From positions 103,273 to 167,272 of the IMG/VR virus record IMGVR_UViG_3300032272_000001: 64,000 nucleotides of DNA; one strand, written 5' to 3'. Both the position numbers and the translations under genes were made by a program. Numbering within the stretch: the first letter of the stretch is position 1; each line of letters opens with the position of its first letter. Origin of the DNA: a virus (Duplodnaviria > Heunggongvirae > Uroviricota > Caudoviricetes). Below, in pieces: positions 43,153 to 51,492 of the stretch. Under the pieces are notes generated by a model. That model did not search any database. It saw only the letters and a program-made list of their open reading frames with translations, and was not told the origin of the DNA.

Positions 43153-43613
43153 TTTTTCTTATCCTTAAATAATTCATTTTCAGTTATTATAGTAAAGTCT
43201 ATTTTTCTATCTGCACACCATTCTTTGGCCGCTCGCCATTTCGCAGAATTGATCATGAAAGTGGCGTGTTCCTGTATCATCCGTTTGGATGGCGGCCCCT
43301 TTTTCTTCCGAGTTGGTCGAATGGTTTCTTTGTAAGGTTTAATTTCTATCAGAGTTGTGGTTACTTGTCCAGTCTTTTTTTTCATTTTGACAAGAAAATC
43401 TGGGTGGTAATTATGCCACTTATGATCAACCGGACTGTAATATGGTATTTTGATGTCTTCGCTCACCCACATTAGAACGTTTTCATTTCTATCACAAAAT
43501 TTACAAAATTCTAATTCCCATAATGACCTCCATACAATTTTGTTTATATCACCTTTATATTTTTTTGGGTTTTCGGGATGATATCTACCCTTATTTTTGC
43601 TTCTTGCTGGCAT
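43149..43613 (-). CDS. PD-(D/E)XK-family nuclease-like protein
   Basis: YHPDFLV ... TTLIEIKP matches the D-x(n)-E-x-K core. Basic N- and C-termini. Confidence 0.45.
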   Translation of the reverse strand: MPARSKNKGRYHPENPKKYKGDINKIVWRSLWELEFCKFCDRNENVLMWVSEDIKIPYYSPVDHKWHNYHPDFLVKMKKKTGQVTTTLIEIKPYKETIRPTRKKKGPPSKRMIQEHATFMINSAKWRAAKEWCADRKIDFTIITENELFKDKKK

Positions 43614-43623
43614 ATTTTATTCC

Positions 43624-43649
43624 TATAAATACTACTGAATATATTTATA
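43624..43649. promoter_or_regulatory. Divergent late promoters (TATAAATA on + at 43624..43631 and on - at 43642..43649)
   Basis: Both motifs are exact, in the 50-bp gap between divergent genes. Confidence 0.5.
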
Positions 43650-43665
43650 GAAGGATATACTACTA

Positions 43666-44658
43666 ATGGCAGAACCAGATCTTGGTTTAACTGGTATAGG
43701 AAACTTTATAACAACAGCAGGAAGCTCTGGTGCGTCTGCTGTTGTTGGTAGTGCCACAAGTGTTCCTGGTTTTGTGGCAGGAGGCGGTGCAGCAGCCACT
43801 AAGGCATTAAGAAATGTTGGTCGTAATCCAGCACAAGTCATTAATAATGGTGGTTCTGCTAGTGCATTATCAAAAACGGCTTCATACACATATCCAGTTG
43901 ATCTTCCACCAGTACATTTAAATATTGTTGAAGCAGATATTAAAATATCTACAAATATAAACAAACCCGGAAATATAATAACTACTGATCATATGTATAG
44001 ATTGCCTTTACCCTTACAGATGACAGATAATCAAGAAGTTGCATATAATGATAATATGAGTTATTTACAAGCTGCGGCAACAGCTGCTACTTCTATAGGT
44101 GGTGCTGCAACAGCTGCACTTGCAGGCGCAGCTAGTGCTGCTGCACAACTAGGTGGAGCGTTGAGCGGTGTTGTTGTTAATACATTAAAAGGTGTTGCTC
44201 TTGAACAACCAATGTTCAAGAAACACCAAATGTCGTGGAAACTGTCACCAAAAACAGCAGAAGAATCCGCGCGGATTCAAAGAATTATAACTAAAATGAA
44301 AATTGGCGCTTTACCACATCAAGATAAAAATTTTGGTAGAGGTATTTTACATTTTCCCAAAATCTTCATTCCATATTTTTATCCAAATGTAAAATTTATG
44401 TATAAATTCAAACCATGCGTGATGACAAATATTGAAGTTGATTATATTGGTGGCAATCAAGCTCCAGCATTTTTTGCACAAACAAATGCTCCAGAATCAT
44501 TAATTCTAAAAATAACATTATTAGAAATAGAATACTGGATGAGAGAAGATATGAGAGAAGAAAAATTGGATGCAGCTGGATTGCCTAGCGGTGATTTTCA
44601 AGATCCTTTCAATTTTGTAAAAGTTGTTAATCTTTCAGGAGTAGACATAAACTCATGA
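43666..44658 (+). CDS. putative baseplate/tail structural protein
   Basis: 330 aa with a Gly/Ala/Ser-rich N-terminus; first gene of the late structural operon. Confidence 0.45.
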   Translation: MAEPDLGLTGIGNFITTAGSSGASAVVGSATSVPGFVAGGGAAATKALRNVGRNPAQVINNGGSASALSKTASYTYPVDLPPVHLNIVEADIKISTNINKPGNIITTDHMYRLPLPLQMTDNQEVAYNDNMSYLQAAATAATSIGGAATAALAGAASAAAQLGGALSGVVVNTLKGVALEQPMFKKHQMSWKLSPKTAEESARIQRIITKMKIGALPHQDKNFGRGILHFPKIFIPYFYPNVKFMYKFKPCVMTNIEVDYIGGNQAPAFFAQTNAPESLILKITLLEIEYWMREDMREEKLDAAGLPSGDFQDPFNFVKVVNLSGVDINS

Positions 44659-45572
44659 GCGAAAAATATTTTGATAATTTTCCAAATCTTTTATATGGTA
44701 ATACTCTTTGCAAAGACATTACACGAAGATCTATCATAACTGCTAATAATGCTTCACCATATGAATATTATCCATACGAAATAGAAAATCATTTGAGATC
44801 AGATCATATTGCAGAATATTATTATGGTGATGGTATGCTTGAATGGATGGTTCAAATAGCCAACGAAAACATCGACCCATACTATGGTTGGTATAATGAT
44901 GATGATACATTTTTAGAATTGATCAGAGAAAAATACGGCACTATAGAAAATGCACAATTGAAAATTAAACATTATATTAATAATTGGGCAGATGATGACA
45001 CTATAATCACAAAATCATTTTATGACAATACCCTTGAAGAAGAGCTAAGAAAATATTGGGAACCATTATATAGTGAAGGTTTAACTATAATTGGATATCA
45101 AAGAAAAAAAGAAGATACTGTACAAAATACAAACCAAATATGGCAATATACTATTCAAGCAAATAATAATGGAATTGCGTTTGAAGTTGGAGAATTGATT
45201 GATATTAAAGTCACAGGTTCTGATGTTGTTGTTGGTCGCGGCGAACTTGAAATGGCCAATTCTTCTGTGTTCAGAATAAAAAATGTAAGCGACAATGTAT
45301 CTGCTAATTCTACAGATGTCAAGGACTTTGTTGGTAAAACAACAACAGCGAATGTGTCTTCAGCAGATGGCCAGAATTGGTTCTACAACATATCAAATAC
45401 AGAATTTGTGCAATATAGTGCAGTATCATTTTGGGATTGGGAACAAGAAGTGAACGAACAAAAGAAGAACATAGTTCTTGTTGGTGATGGTGTCCAGGCA
45501 CAAGTATCACAAACATTCGAGGATCTTATGAAAGCTGATGTAGATCCAGAAACAGGATTATCAACAGGATAA
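44655..45572 (+). CDS. putative structural protein
   Basis: 305 aa; translationally coupled (ATGA). Confidence 0.45.
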   Translation: MSEKYFDNFPNLLYGNTLCKDITRRSIITANNASPYEYYPYEIENHLRSDHIAEYYYGDGMLEWMVQIANENIDPYYGWYNDDDTFLELIREKYGTIENAQLKIKHYINNWADDDTIITKSFYDNTLEEELRKYWEPLYSEGLTIIGYQRKKEDTVQNTNQIWQYTIQANNNGIAFEVGELIDIKVTGSDVVVGRGELEMANSSVFRIKNVSDNVSANSTDVKDFVGKTTTANVSSADGQNWFYNISNTEFVQYSAVSFWDWEQEVNEQKKNIVLVGDGVQAQVSQTFEDLMKADVDPETGLSTG

Positions 45573-46894
45573 TGGCAGTAATCGAAGCAGGCCAATGCAG
45601 CCTCAATTTATGTTTGATAAATGATATACCTTCCATTGCTGTGAATGGTGAAGTGAATTTTGTTGTGCGTGATATCAAAATATTTGAAGATCATTGCAAA
45701 CCATATTTTACAGCACAATTGACAATAGAAACGTATCAACATGCCCATGATTATTTTATTTTTCCTACAGCAGAAGTTATTATTGATATGACTAGTCATA
45801 GTTCAGATTCAACATTCACTAGTGCTAATTATAAGGAACGTTTTAGAATATTCTCGCATGATACAAAAGAATCTAGAGATAATGAATTTTCTATTAGACA
45901 TATACATACACTATCATTGATTGGTCAAGAATATTATAATGATAAACATAACAATATAATTAAAATGGATTCAAACATAACAGGAACAGCAGCAGCTGCA
46001 AAAATACATAATCAATACATTCAAAGAAATGATGTCGGATCATTAAGCGTTAAGGTTCCTAGTCGAGGTATGATTGGATCTAACCGTATGCCGCATAGTT
46101 CAATGAATGTAAAACCATTCAAAGCTATCAATGATATTCTGGCTAAATGTACGTGGTCACAATATAAAACTTGTGCTCCAGTATATTTTAGAAATAAACG
46201 TGGTCATGTAATTGCTCCATTACAATCATTGCTCGAAGCAGGAACTATTGGTTTGAATTTTGTTGAAAACCAAACCCAAGGCAATCAAGCAATGAAATAT
46301 ATGGGAACAAGCATTGGGTATCAAGCAATACTTTCTATTAAGCCTCTAGCACCATCTGGTGAGGCCAGTTCTGGCGTAAAAGCGTCAGAGATTAGTGGAT
46401 TGATGAAAAGCGTTAGTTATTTCGAATCTAAATCAGGACAATTTAATAATGTTGGTAATAGAATAAATTCTGTATTGAAAAATTTTGGTAGTGTTCCGGG
46501 ATTACAAGCAAAAATAAAACCTATGCTACAAGAAGCATATAAAGGTAATCGTGGTGGTGGTCAAATGTTTGGTATAATCAATGAAATTATGCAAAACAGA
46601 GCAATCGCCAAAGATGGTCCTGGTGGTTATAAAGTGGCTCAAGAAGCTCTTGTAACCGCTTTAACTTATGCTGATAAGTACTGGGTAACAGTCCCTGGGC
46701 AGAGTGGGTTGAAGGTGACGTGTGGTGATAAAATTAATGTCACATACCAAATGGTAAAAAATGGTAAATCTGTTGATGTAAAAAGAAAATTATATGTGGC
46801 AAGACTTATACATAACATAAAATTTGTTGATGGTGAAGGACGAAAACCTGTTGCTGATAATGCAGTAACAGAAATGTATGGAGTTTCATGGTGA
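45572..46894 (+). CDS. putative baseplate structural protein
   Basis: 440 aa. Confidence 0.45.
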   Translation: MAVIEAGQCSLNLCLINDIPSIAVNGEVNFVVRDIKIFEDHCKPYFTAQLTIETYQHAHDYFIFPTAEVIIDMTSHSSDSTFTSANYKERFRIFSHDTKESRDNEFSIRHIHTLSLIGQEYYNDKHNNIIKMDSNITGTAAAAKIHNQYIQRNDVGSLSVKVPSRGMIGSNRMPHSSMNVKPFKAINDILAKCTWSQYKTCAPVYFRNKRGHVIAPLQSLLEAGTIGLNFVENQTQGNQAMKYMGTSIGYQAILSIKPLAPSGEASSGVKASEISGLMKSVSYFESKSGQFNNVGNRINSVLKNFGSVPGLQAKIKPMLQEAYKGNRGGGQMFGIINEIMQNRAIAKDGPGGYKVAQEALVTALTYADKYWVTVPGQSGLKVTCGDKINVTYQMVKNGKSVDVKRKLYVARLIHNIKFVDGEGRKPVADNAVTEMYGVSW

Positions 46895-47871
46895 ATTATA
46901 AATTAGCAACAATCGTTGCACAAAAACCAAAAGAAGGTCAACAATCTGGTAGATATCAATTACAGTTTGTGCAGGCACAGGATTCAGGAACAACAAACCC
47001 AGAACAAACTTCTGAAGCAGTATATCCAAAAAAAGATGCGCCATTTTATGGTATTGGTAAAACTGGTGCTGATTTTATTAATGGACAAACAGTATATGTT
47101 CAAATAGATGAAGGTGGACAAGAACCAGTAATTGTTGGAGCATTACCAAATGCTATTGATAATGATAAAAAAGGTGATGTTACACAAAATGCTTCTTGGG
47201 CGACTGGATTATCACAATGGCTTAGTAGAGTTGGGACAGATCCAAAAACATTATCAAAAACATATAAAGAAACCTTTAGCAGTATTCTTGGTAATGTCAA
47301 TACATTTCAAGATTTAAAACCAAATAATGTAATTAAACTCAGATCAGAATTAGAAGGCGCTATAAAGAGAGCGACTAGATCTGGTAAAGATCCAATCGAA
47401 GATATTAAAGGTACTGTAAGAGCAGCACTTGAAGGTGGTATTGAAAAAGGTAGATATGCCGCAATAGGAAAGAATATAAATAAATCAATTGGTTCATTTG
47501 CATTCAAAAAATCTGATATGAAAGATCCAGTCAAATATATACAGAATACTTTAGGCAAAAAGGGTGAATTGATACCCAATGCAATGCAAATGATTCAAAA
47601 TTTAAAAGCTACTGTAAAATCAGGAAGTCCTACATCAATGATAAGTTCTGTTGGTGGTTCTGAATTAATCAACAAAGCATTAGCTGGTATTAATATGATA
47701 AGATCAGAAAGAGCCAATAATGAAGTTGATCTAATGGATTATCTTTGTGAACTGTATGAAGAATTGTTTCCAGGTCTAGAATGTAAAATAAATAATGAAT
47801 TCACTCCTGGTTTTTTGAAATGGAAAAAAGAGTATTTACTTGCTCTTAGAACAGAACAGGGACTCATATAA
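46888..47871 (+). CDS. putative baseplate structural protein
   Basis: 327 aa. Confidence 0.45.
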   Translation: MVNYKLATIVAQKPKEGQQSGRYQLQFVQAQDSGTTNPEQTSEAVYPKKDAPFYGIGKTGADFINGQTVYVQIDEGGQEPVIVGALPNAIDNDKKGDVTQNASWATGLSQWLSRVGTDPKTLSKTYKETFSSILGNVNTFQDLKPNNVIKLRSELEGAIKRATRSGKDPIEDIKGTVRAALEGGIEKGRYAAIGKNINKSIGSFAFKKSDMKDPVKYIQNTLGKKGELIPNAMQMIQNLKATVKSGSPTSMISSVGGSELINKALAGINMIRSERANNEVDLMDYLCELYEELFPGLECKINNEFTPGFLKWKKEYLLALRTEQGLI

Positions 47872-48446
47872 TGGTTGGCGAGAAAAAAGAAGGCGATAGA
47901 CACCAAGAAAAAGCACCAGAAGCTGCTAATGCGCCATATATGCATTATGAGGTTAGGGAAAATGGTTCTGTCTATGCGTACAGCACTGAAGCAACAAACA
48001 GAATGGAGGCGTGGTTTCAAGGCGGAACAGGCGCATTCAGAGTTATAAATAATGATGGTTCTAAATCAGAATCTTTTCCAGGTGATAGTCGTGTTGAATA
48101 TGAAGGTATGTCTGTTTCAATAACAAACAATCTTGATCAACATGTTGGTGGCCATATGACCATCAAGACAAAAGGTGGTGCCGAAGTAGAAATATCTGGT
48201 GATGGGGCTATCACTATCGGTGGGGCTGCTATGATAAATATATTAGGAGATGCAGGAATAGCTGTAAAAGGAAATGCAAAAATCATGGCCGCACAGCAAT
48301 TAGATTTAGATGCTGCGGGCGATTTGAATATTAAAGCGGCTGGGGCAATGAATTTGGGTTCTGGTGGAGCGATAAATATACAAGCAGGCGGTGGAGTTAA
48401 AATACAAAAAGCTGGTTCAGGAACCAGCGGATATGATAGTACATAA
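47871..48446 (+). CDS. gp5-like beta-helical spike protein (C-terminal needle-like repeats)
   Basis: Repetitive GxAxIxxxG beta-helix pattern (EVEISGDGAITIGGAAMINILGDAGIAVKGNAKIMAAQQLDLDAAGDLNIKAAGAMNLGSGGAINIQAGGGVKIQ). Confidence 0.5.
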   Translation: MVGEKKEGDRHQEKAPEAANAPYMHYEVRENGSVYAYSTEATNRMEAWFQGGTGAFRVINNDGSKSESFPGDSRVEYEGMSVSITNNLDQHVGGHMTIKTKGGAEVEISGDGAITIGGAAMINILGDAGIAVKGNAKIMAAQQLDLDAAGDLNIKAAGAMNLGSGGAINIQAGGGVKIQKAGSGTSGYDST

Positions 48447-48456
48447 GGATTATTTA

Positions 48457-49011
48457 ATGAATACGTTAGAAAAATACAAAATCACAGAAGATGATATTTT
48501 AATTATGGCTGATTTGTTCGAAACAAATCAAGGTTATATTGAACTTTTGCTTCTGGCCAATGAAACAAAAAGAGATTCAGAAGGAACCAACCTTACTGGT
48601 TCTGAAGTAATAGACATATGGTCTGGATATTATGAAAAATTACCTGTCCGTAATGATTCTTATGAAAAATTAAAAGAATCATATAATTCCATGACAGAAG
48701 TCCAACAAAAATTCGAAGATTCTATTATAGAATCAGAAGCAGCTACATATTTCAAAGAAATAATGATACCAAAAACAGCAGAAAAATTTGGTGTTACTGC
48801 TGAACTTGTTTTGGATTGTAAATGTATTAGTAATTGTGGCGATTCTTTTTATATTTTGATGAATTGGTTGGACGAACACAATCCAAAATTGAAACCAAGT
48901 CTAATTGAAGTTATTGAACTTTATATGTTTATGTATACTCATACAATTAAACAACCTCATCTATTACCAAAAGGGCTTGAAAAATATGCCAAAAGCTCAC
49001 AGAAACGATGA
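48457..49011 (+). CDS. hypothetical protein between spike and PAAR genes (start at the internal Met with RBS aagga)
   Basis: 185 aa. Confidence 0.45.
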   Translation: MNTLEKYKITEDDILIMADLFETNQGYIELLLLANETKRDSEGTNLTGSEVIDIWSGYYEKLPVRNDSYEKLKESYNSMTEVQQKFEDSIIESEAATYFKEIMIPKTAEKFGVTAELVLDCKCISNCGDSFYILMNWLDEHNPKLKPSLIEVIELYMFMYTHTIKQPHLLPKGLEKYAKSSQKR

Positions 49012-49264
49012 TCTTCGGAATTGCACATCAAAAACCATAGTTTCCAATCAAAGTTCAGTAACTATTGAAGGAGAATTGTGGGCAGTAGAAGGCGATGAAA
49101 ATGATCATGGTGGTGGTGAATTAATTAGTATTGTTGGTAGTGATGTCACCATTGAAGGAAAATTAGTTATTGTTGTTGGTGATACAGCATCACCAGATGA
49201 TTTGTTACATGAACCACCACTAGTAGATCCATCTACAGGATCGGATTCAGTTTCTTGTTACTAA
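48986..49264 (+). CDS. PAAR-repeat spike-tip protein (T4 gp5.4-like)
   Basis: MPKAHRNDDLRNCTS...IEGELWAVEGDENDHGGGELI...VTIEGKLVIVVGDTASPDDLLHEPP is a PAAR-like pattern. Start at the internal Met. Confidence 0.5.
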   Translation: MPKAHRNDDLRNCTSKTIVSNQSSVTIEGELWAVEGDENDHGGGELISIVGSDVTIEGKLVIVVGDTASPDDLLHEPPLVDPSTGSDSVSCY

Positions 49265-49273
49265 AGGAAAAAA

Positions 49274-49693
49274 ATGTCTAGAAGTGACCGCTTCACACTA
49301 AAACAAAAACAGAAAATTGTATATAGCGATTTCACGACAAATTTCGATAGAAATCCACATACAGGTTATCTTAATATAGTAACCAATGAAAATTCTGTTA
49401 AACAGATGTTAAAATCTCTCTTTCTTACAGATGAGGGAGAAAGATTTGGTAATGCTGATTATGGTGGTGGTATTAAACACGCATTATTTGAAAATATAGA
49501 TGGTGGTACAGGAGAATTATTAAAATTCGAAATGTCTAATATGATTAATGCGTATTTACCTATGGTTGATATTCAAGAAATTCAAGTAATTACACCAACT
49601 GATGCTAATGTGTTGGATATTAGGCTCGTATATCGAATAGAAAATATTATTGATGTACAAACATTAGATTTAAATATAAAAAGGGTGCGGTGA
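49274..49693 (+). CDS. 25: Baseplate wedge protein gp25-like (GPW/gp25 family)
   Basis: 139 aa; LKSLFLTDEGERFGNADYGGGI is the gp25 signature region. Located just before the gp6-like gene. Confidence 0.6.
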   Translation: MSRSDRFTLKQKQKIVYSDFTTNFDRNPHTGYLNIVTNENSVKQMLKSLFLTDEGERFGNADYGGGIKHALFENIDGGTGELLKFEMSNMINAYLPMVDIQEIQVITPTDANVLDIRLVYRIENIIDVQTLDLNIKRVR

Positions 49694-51492
49694 TGGCTAA
49701 CACGTCTATCGAAGTAGTTAATCTCGATTTTGATGCTATTAAAAACAGTTTAAAAAACTTTATGCGAGATCATGATCAATTCAAGGATCTTGATTATGAA
49801 GCATCTAATATCAACATACTATTAGAGCTTTTAGCTGTCAATGGTTATCGCACAGCTTTTTATCAAAATATGGTTCTTAATGAATCGTTTTTAGATTCTG
49901 CGGTATTGAGAAATTCTGTGTTGTCGCGATCCAAAGAACTAAATTATCTTCCTATTTCTGCCAAATCATCCAAAGCAAGAATAAAAGTTTCTTTTGAAGC
50001 AGATGGATCTAATGCGCCATACAATATCCCAAAGGGTTCGCAACTCACATCTCTTGTTAAGAACGATTCATATACATTCACAATTCCTGATTTAATTGTT
50101 GCATCATCTGCAAATAATTCATTTGAATTCGAAACAGATATTTTTGAAGGATATTATGTTAATGACACATATACATTCCTATCAGATGATAGCACACAAT
50201 TATTTAATATTACTAACAGAAATGTTGATATAAGCTCATTAACAGTTAAAGTATATGAAGATGGTAATTCCATTGGAGATACATATACGCTATCAACAAC
50301 TTTATTAGATTTAGATAATACATCAAAAGTTTTCTTTTTACAACCATCTGGTGTTGGTTATTATGAGGTTTTGTTTGGTGATGGTAATCTTGGACGGAAA
50401 CCAAAAACAAATTCTACTATTGTATTGAATTATAGAATATCTTCTGGTGTTGTTGCTGATGGTGCCAGAGAGTTTGTTCTTGATTTTGATCCTACTGGTA
50501 ATGATGAATTAACATCTTCTGTTACAATAAACACTCTCCAAAATGCAATAGATGGTTCTGATGAAGAATCTATTTCTTCAATTAAATATAATGCGCCAAG
50601 GCATTTTCAAACCCAAGAAAGAGCAGTAACATCTTCTGATTATAAATCTCTTCTTAAAGACAAATTTTCAGAAATCAACGCTATTCATGCATATGGTGGA
50701 GAAGATCTTGATCCACCAAGATATGGTAAAGTTTTTATATCAATAGATATAAAAAATGTTGATGGATTTCCAATATCAAAAAAACAAGAATATAAAAATT
50801 ATATAAAATCAAGGACAACGTTTGGTATTACTCCAGAATTTGTTAATCCAGATTTCACATATATTAAAGTTAATTCAACAATACGTTATAATATCAATAT
50901 CACAGCATTGCCAACAGAAACTGTAAAATCAATCGCCAAAGACGCAATTATTGCATATCGTGATGAATTTCTTGATGATTTTGATGTTATTTTTAGACAA
51001 TCAAAATTGAATGATGTTATTGATCAAATTGATCCTTCTGTGATATCAACCATTAGTGATTATACCATATACAAAAAAATAAATCCATCTCTTAATGTGT
51101 TGGAAAATCATAGATTAAATTTTGGTGTTTCTTTGAGAAACGACTTACGGGTTGAACGTGGTCCAAGACATCCAGCAAATATTATATCCGCAGTTCAATC
51201 ATCGAATTTTTACTATAAATCAGAACTCAGCACTATGGATGATGATGGCGCAGGAAACATTCGTATAATGAAAATTGTTGGTGATTTTCATGAAAAAAGC
51301 GCGGATATTGGTACAATCAATTATGATACAGGAGTTATATCGATTAACGATTTAAAAGTTGATAGTTATATTGGTTCTTCTATAAGATTTTTTGTTAGGC
51401 CACAAGATCCAGATATTGTTTCTGCTTTAAATAATATTATTTCTATAGAAGAAAATGAAATTGAAATAATACCAGAGCAGGTTCGTGTTTAA
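49690..51492 (+). CDS. 6: Baseplate wedge protein gp6-like (Baseplate_J family)
   Basis: 600 aa; N-terminal ...LKNFMRDHDQFKDLDYEASNINILLELLAVNGYRTAFYQN... is typical of gpJ/gp6. Synteny with gp25. Confidence 0.55.
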   Translation: MMANTSIEVVNLDFDAIKNSLKNFMRDHDQFKDLDYEASNINILLELLAVNGYRTAFYQNMVLNESFLDSAVLRNSVLSRSKELNYLPISAKSSKARIKVSFEADGSNAPYNIPKGSQLTSLVKNDSYTFTIPDLIVASSANNSFEFETDIFEGYYVNDTYTFLSDDSTQLFNITNRNVDISSLTVKVYEDGNSIGDTYTLSTTLLDLDNTSKVFFLQPSGVGYYEVLFGDGNLGRKPKTNSTIVLNYRISSGVVADGAREFVLDFDPTGNDELTSSVTINTLQNAIDGSDEESISSIKYNAPRHFQTQERAVTSSDYKSLLKDKFSEINAIHAYGGEDLDPPRYGKVFISIDIKNVDGFPISKKQEYKNYIKSRTTFGITPEFVNPDFTYIKVNSTIRYNINITALPTETVKSIAKDAIIAYRDEFLDDFDVIFRQSKLNDVIDQIDPSVISTISDYTIYKKINPSLNVLENHRLNFGVSLRNDLRVERGPRHPANIISAVQSSNFYYKSELSTMDDDGAGNIRIMKIVGDFHEKSADIGTINYDTGVISINDLKVDSYIGSSIRFFVRPQDPDIVSALNNIISIEENEIEIIPEQVRV

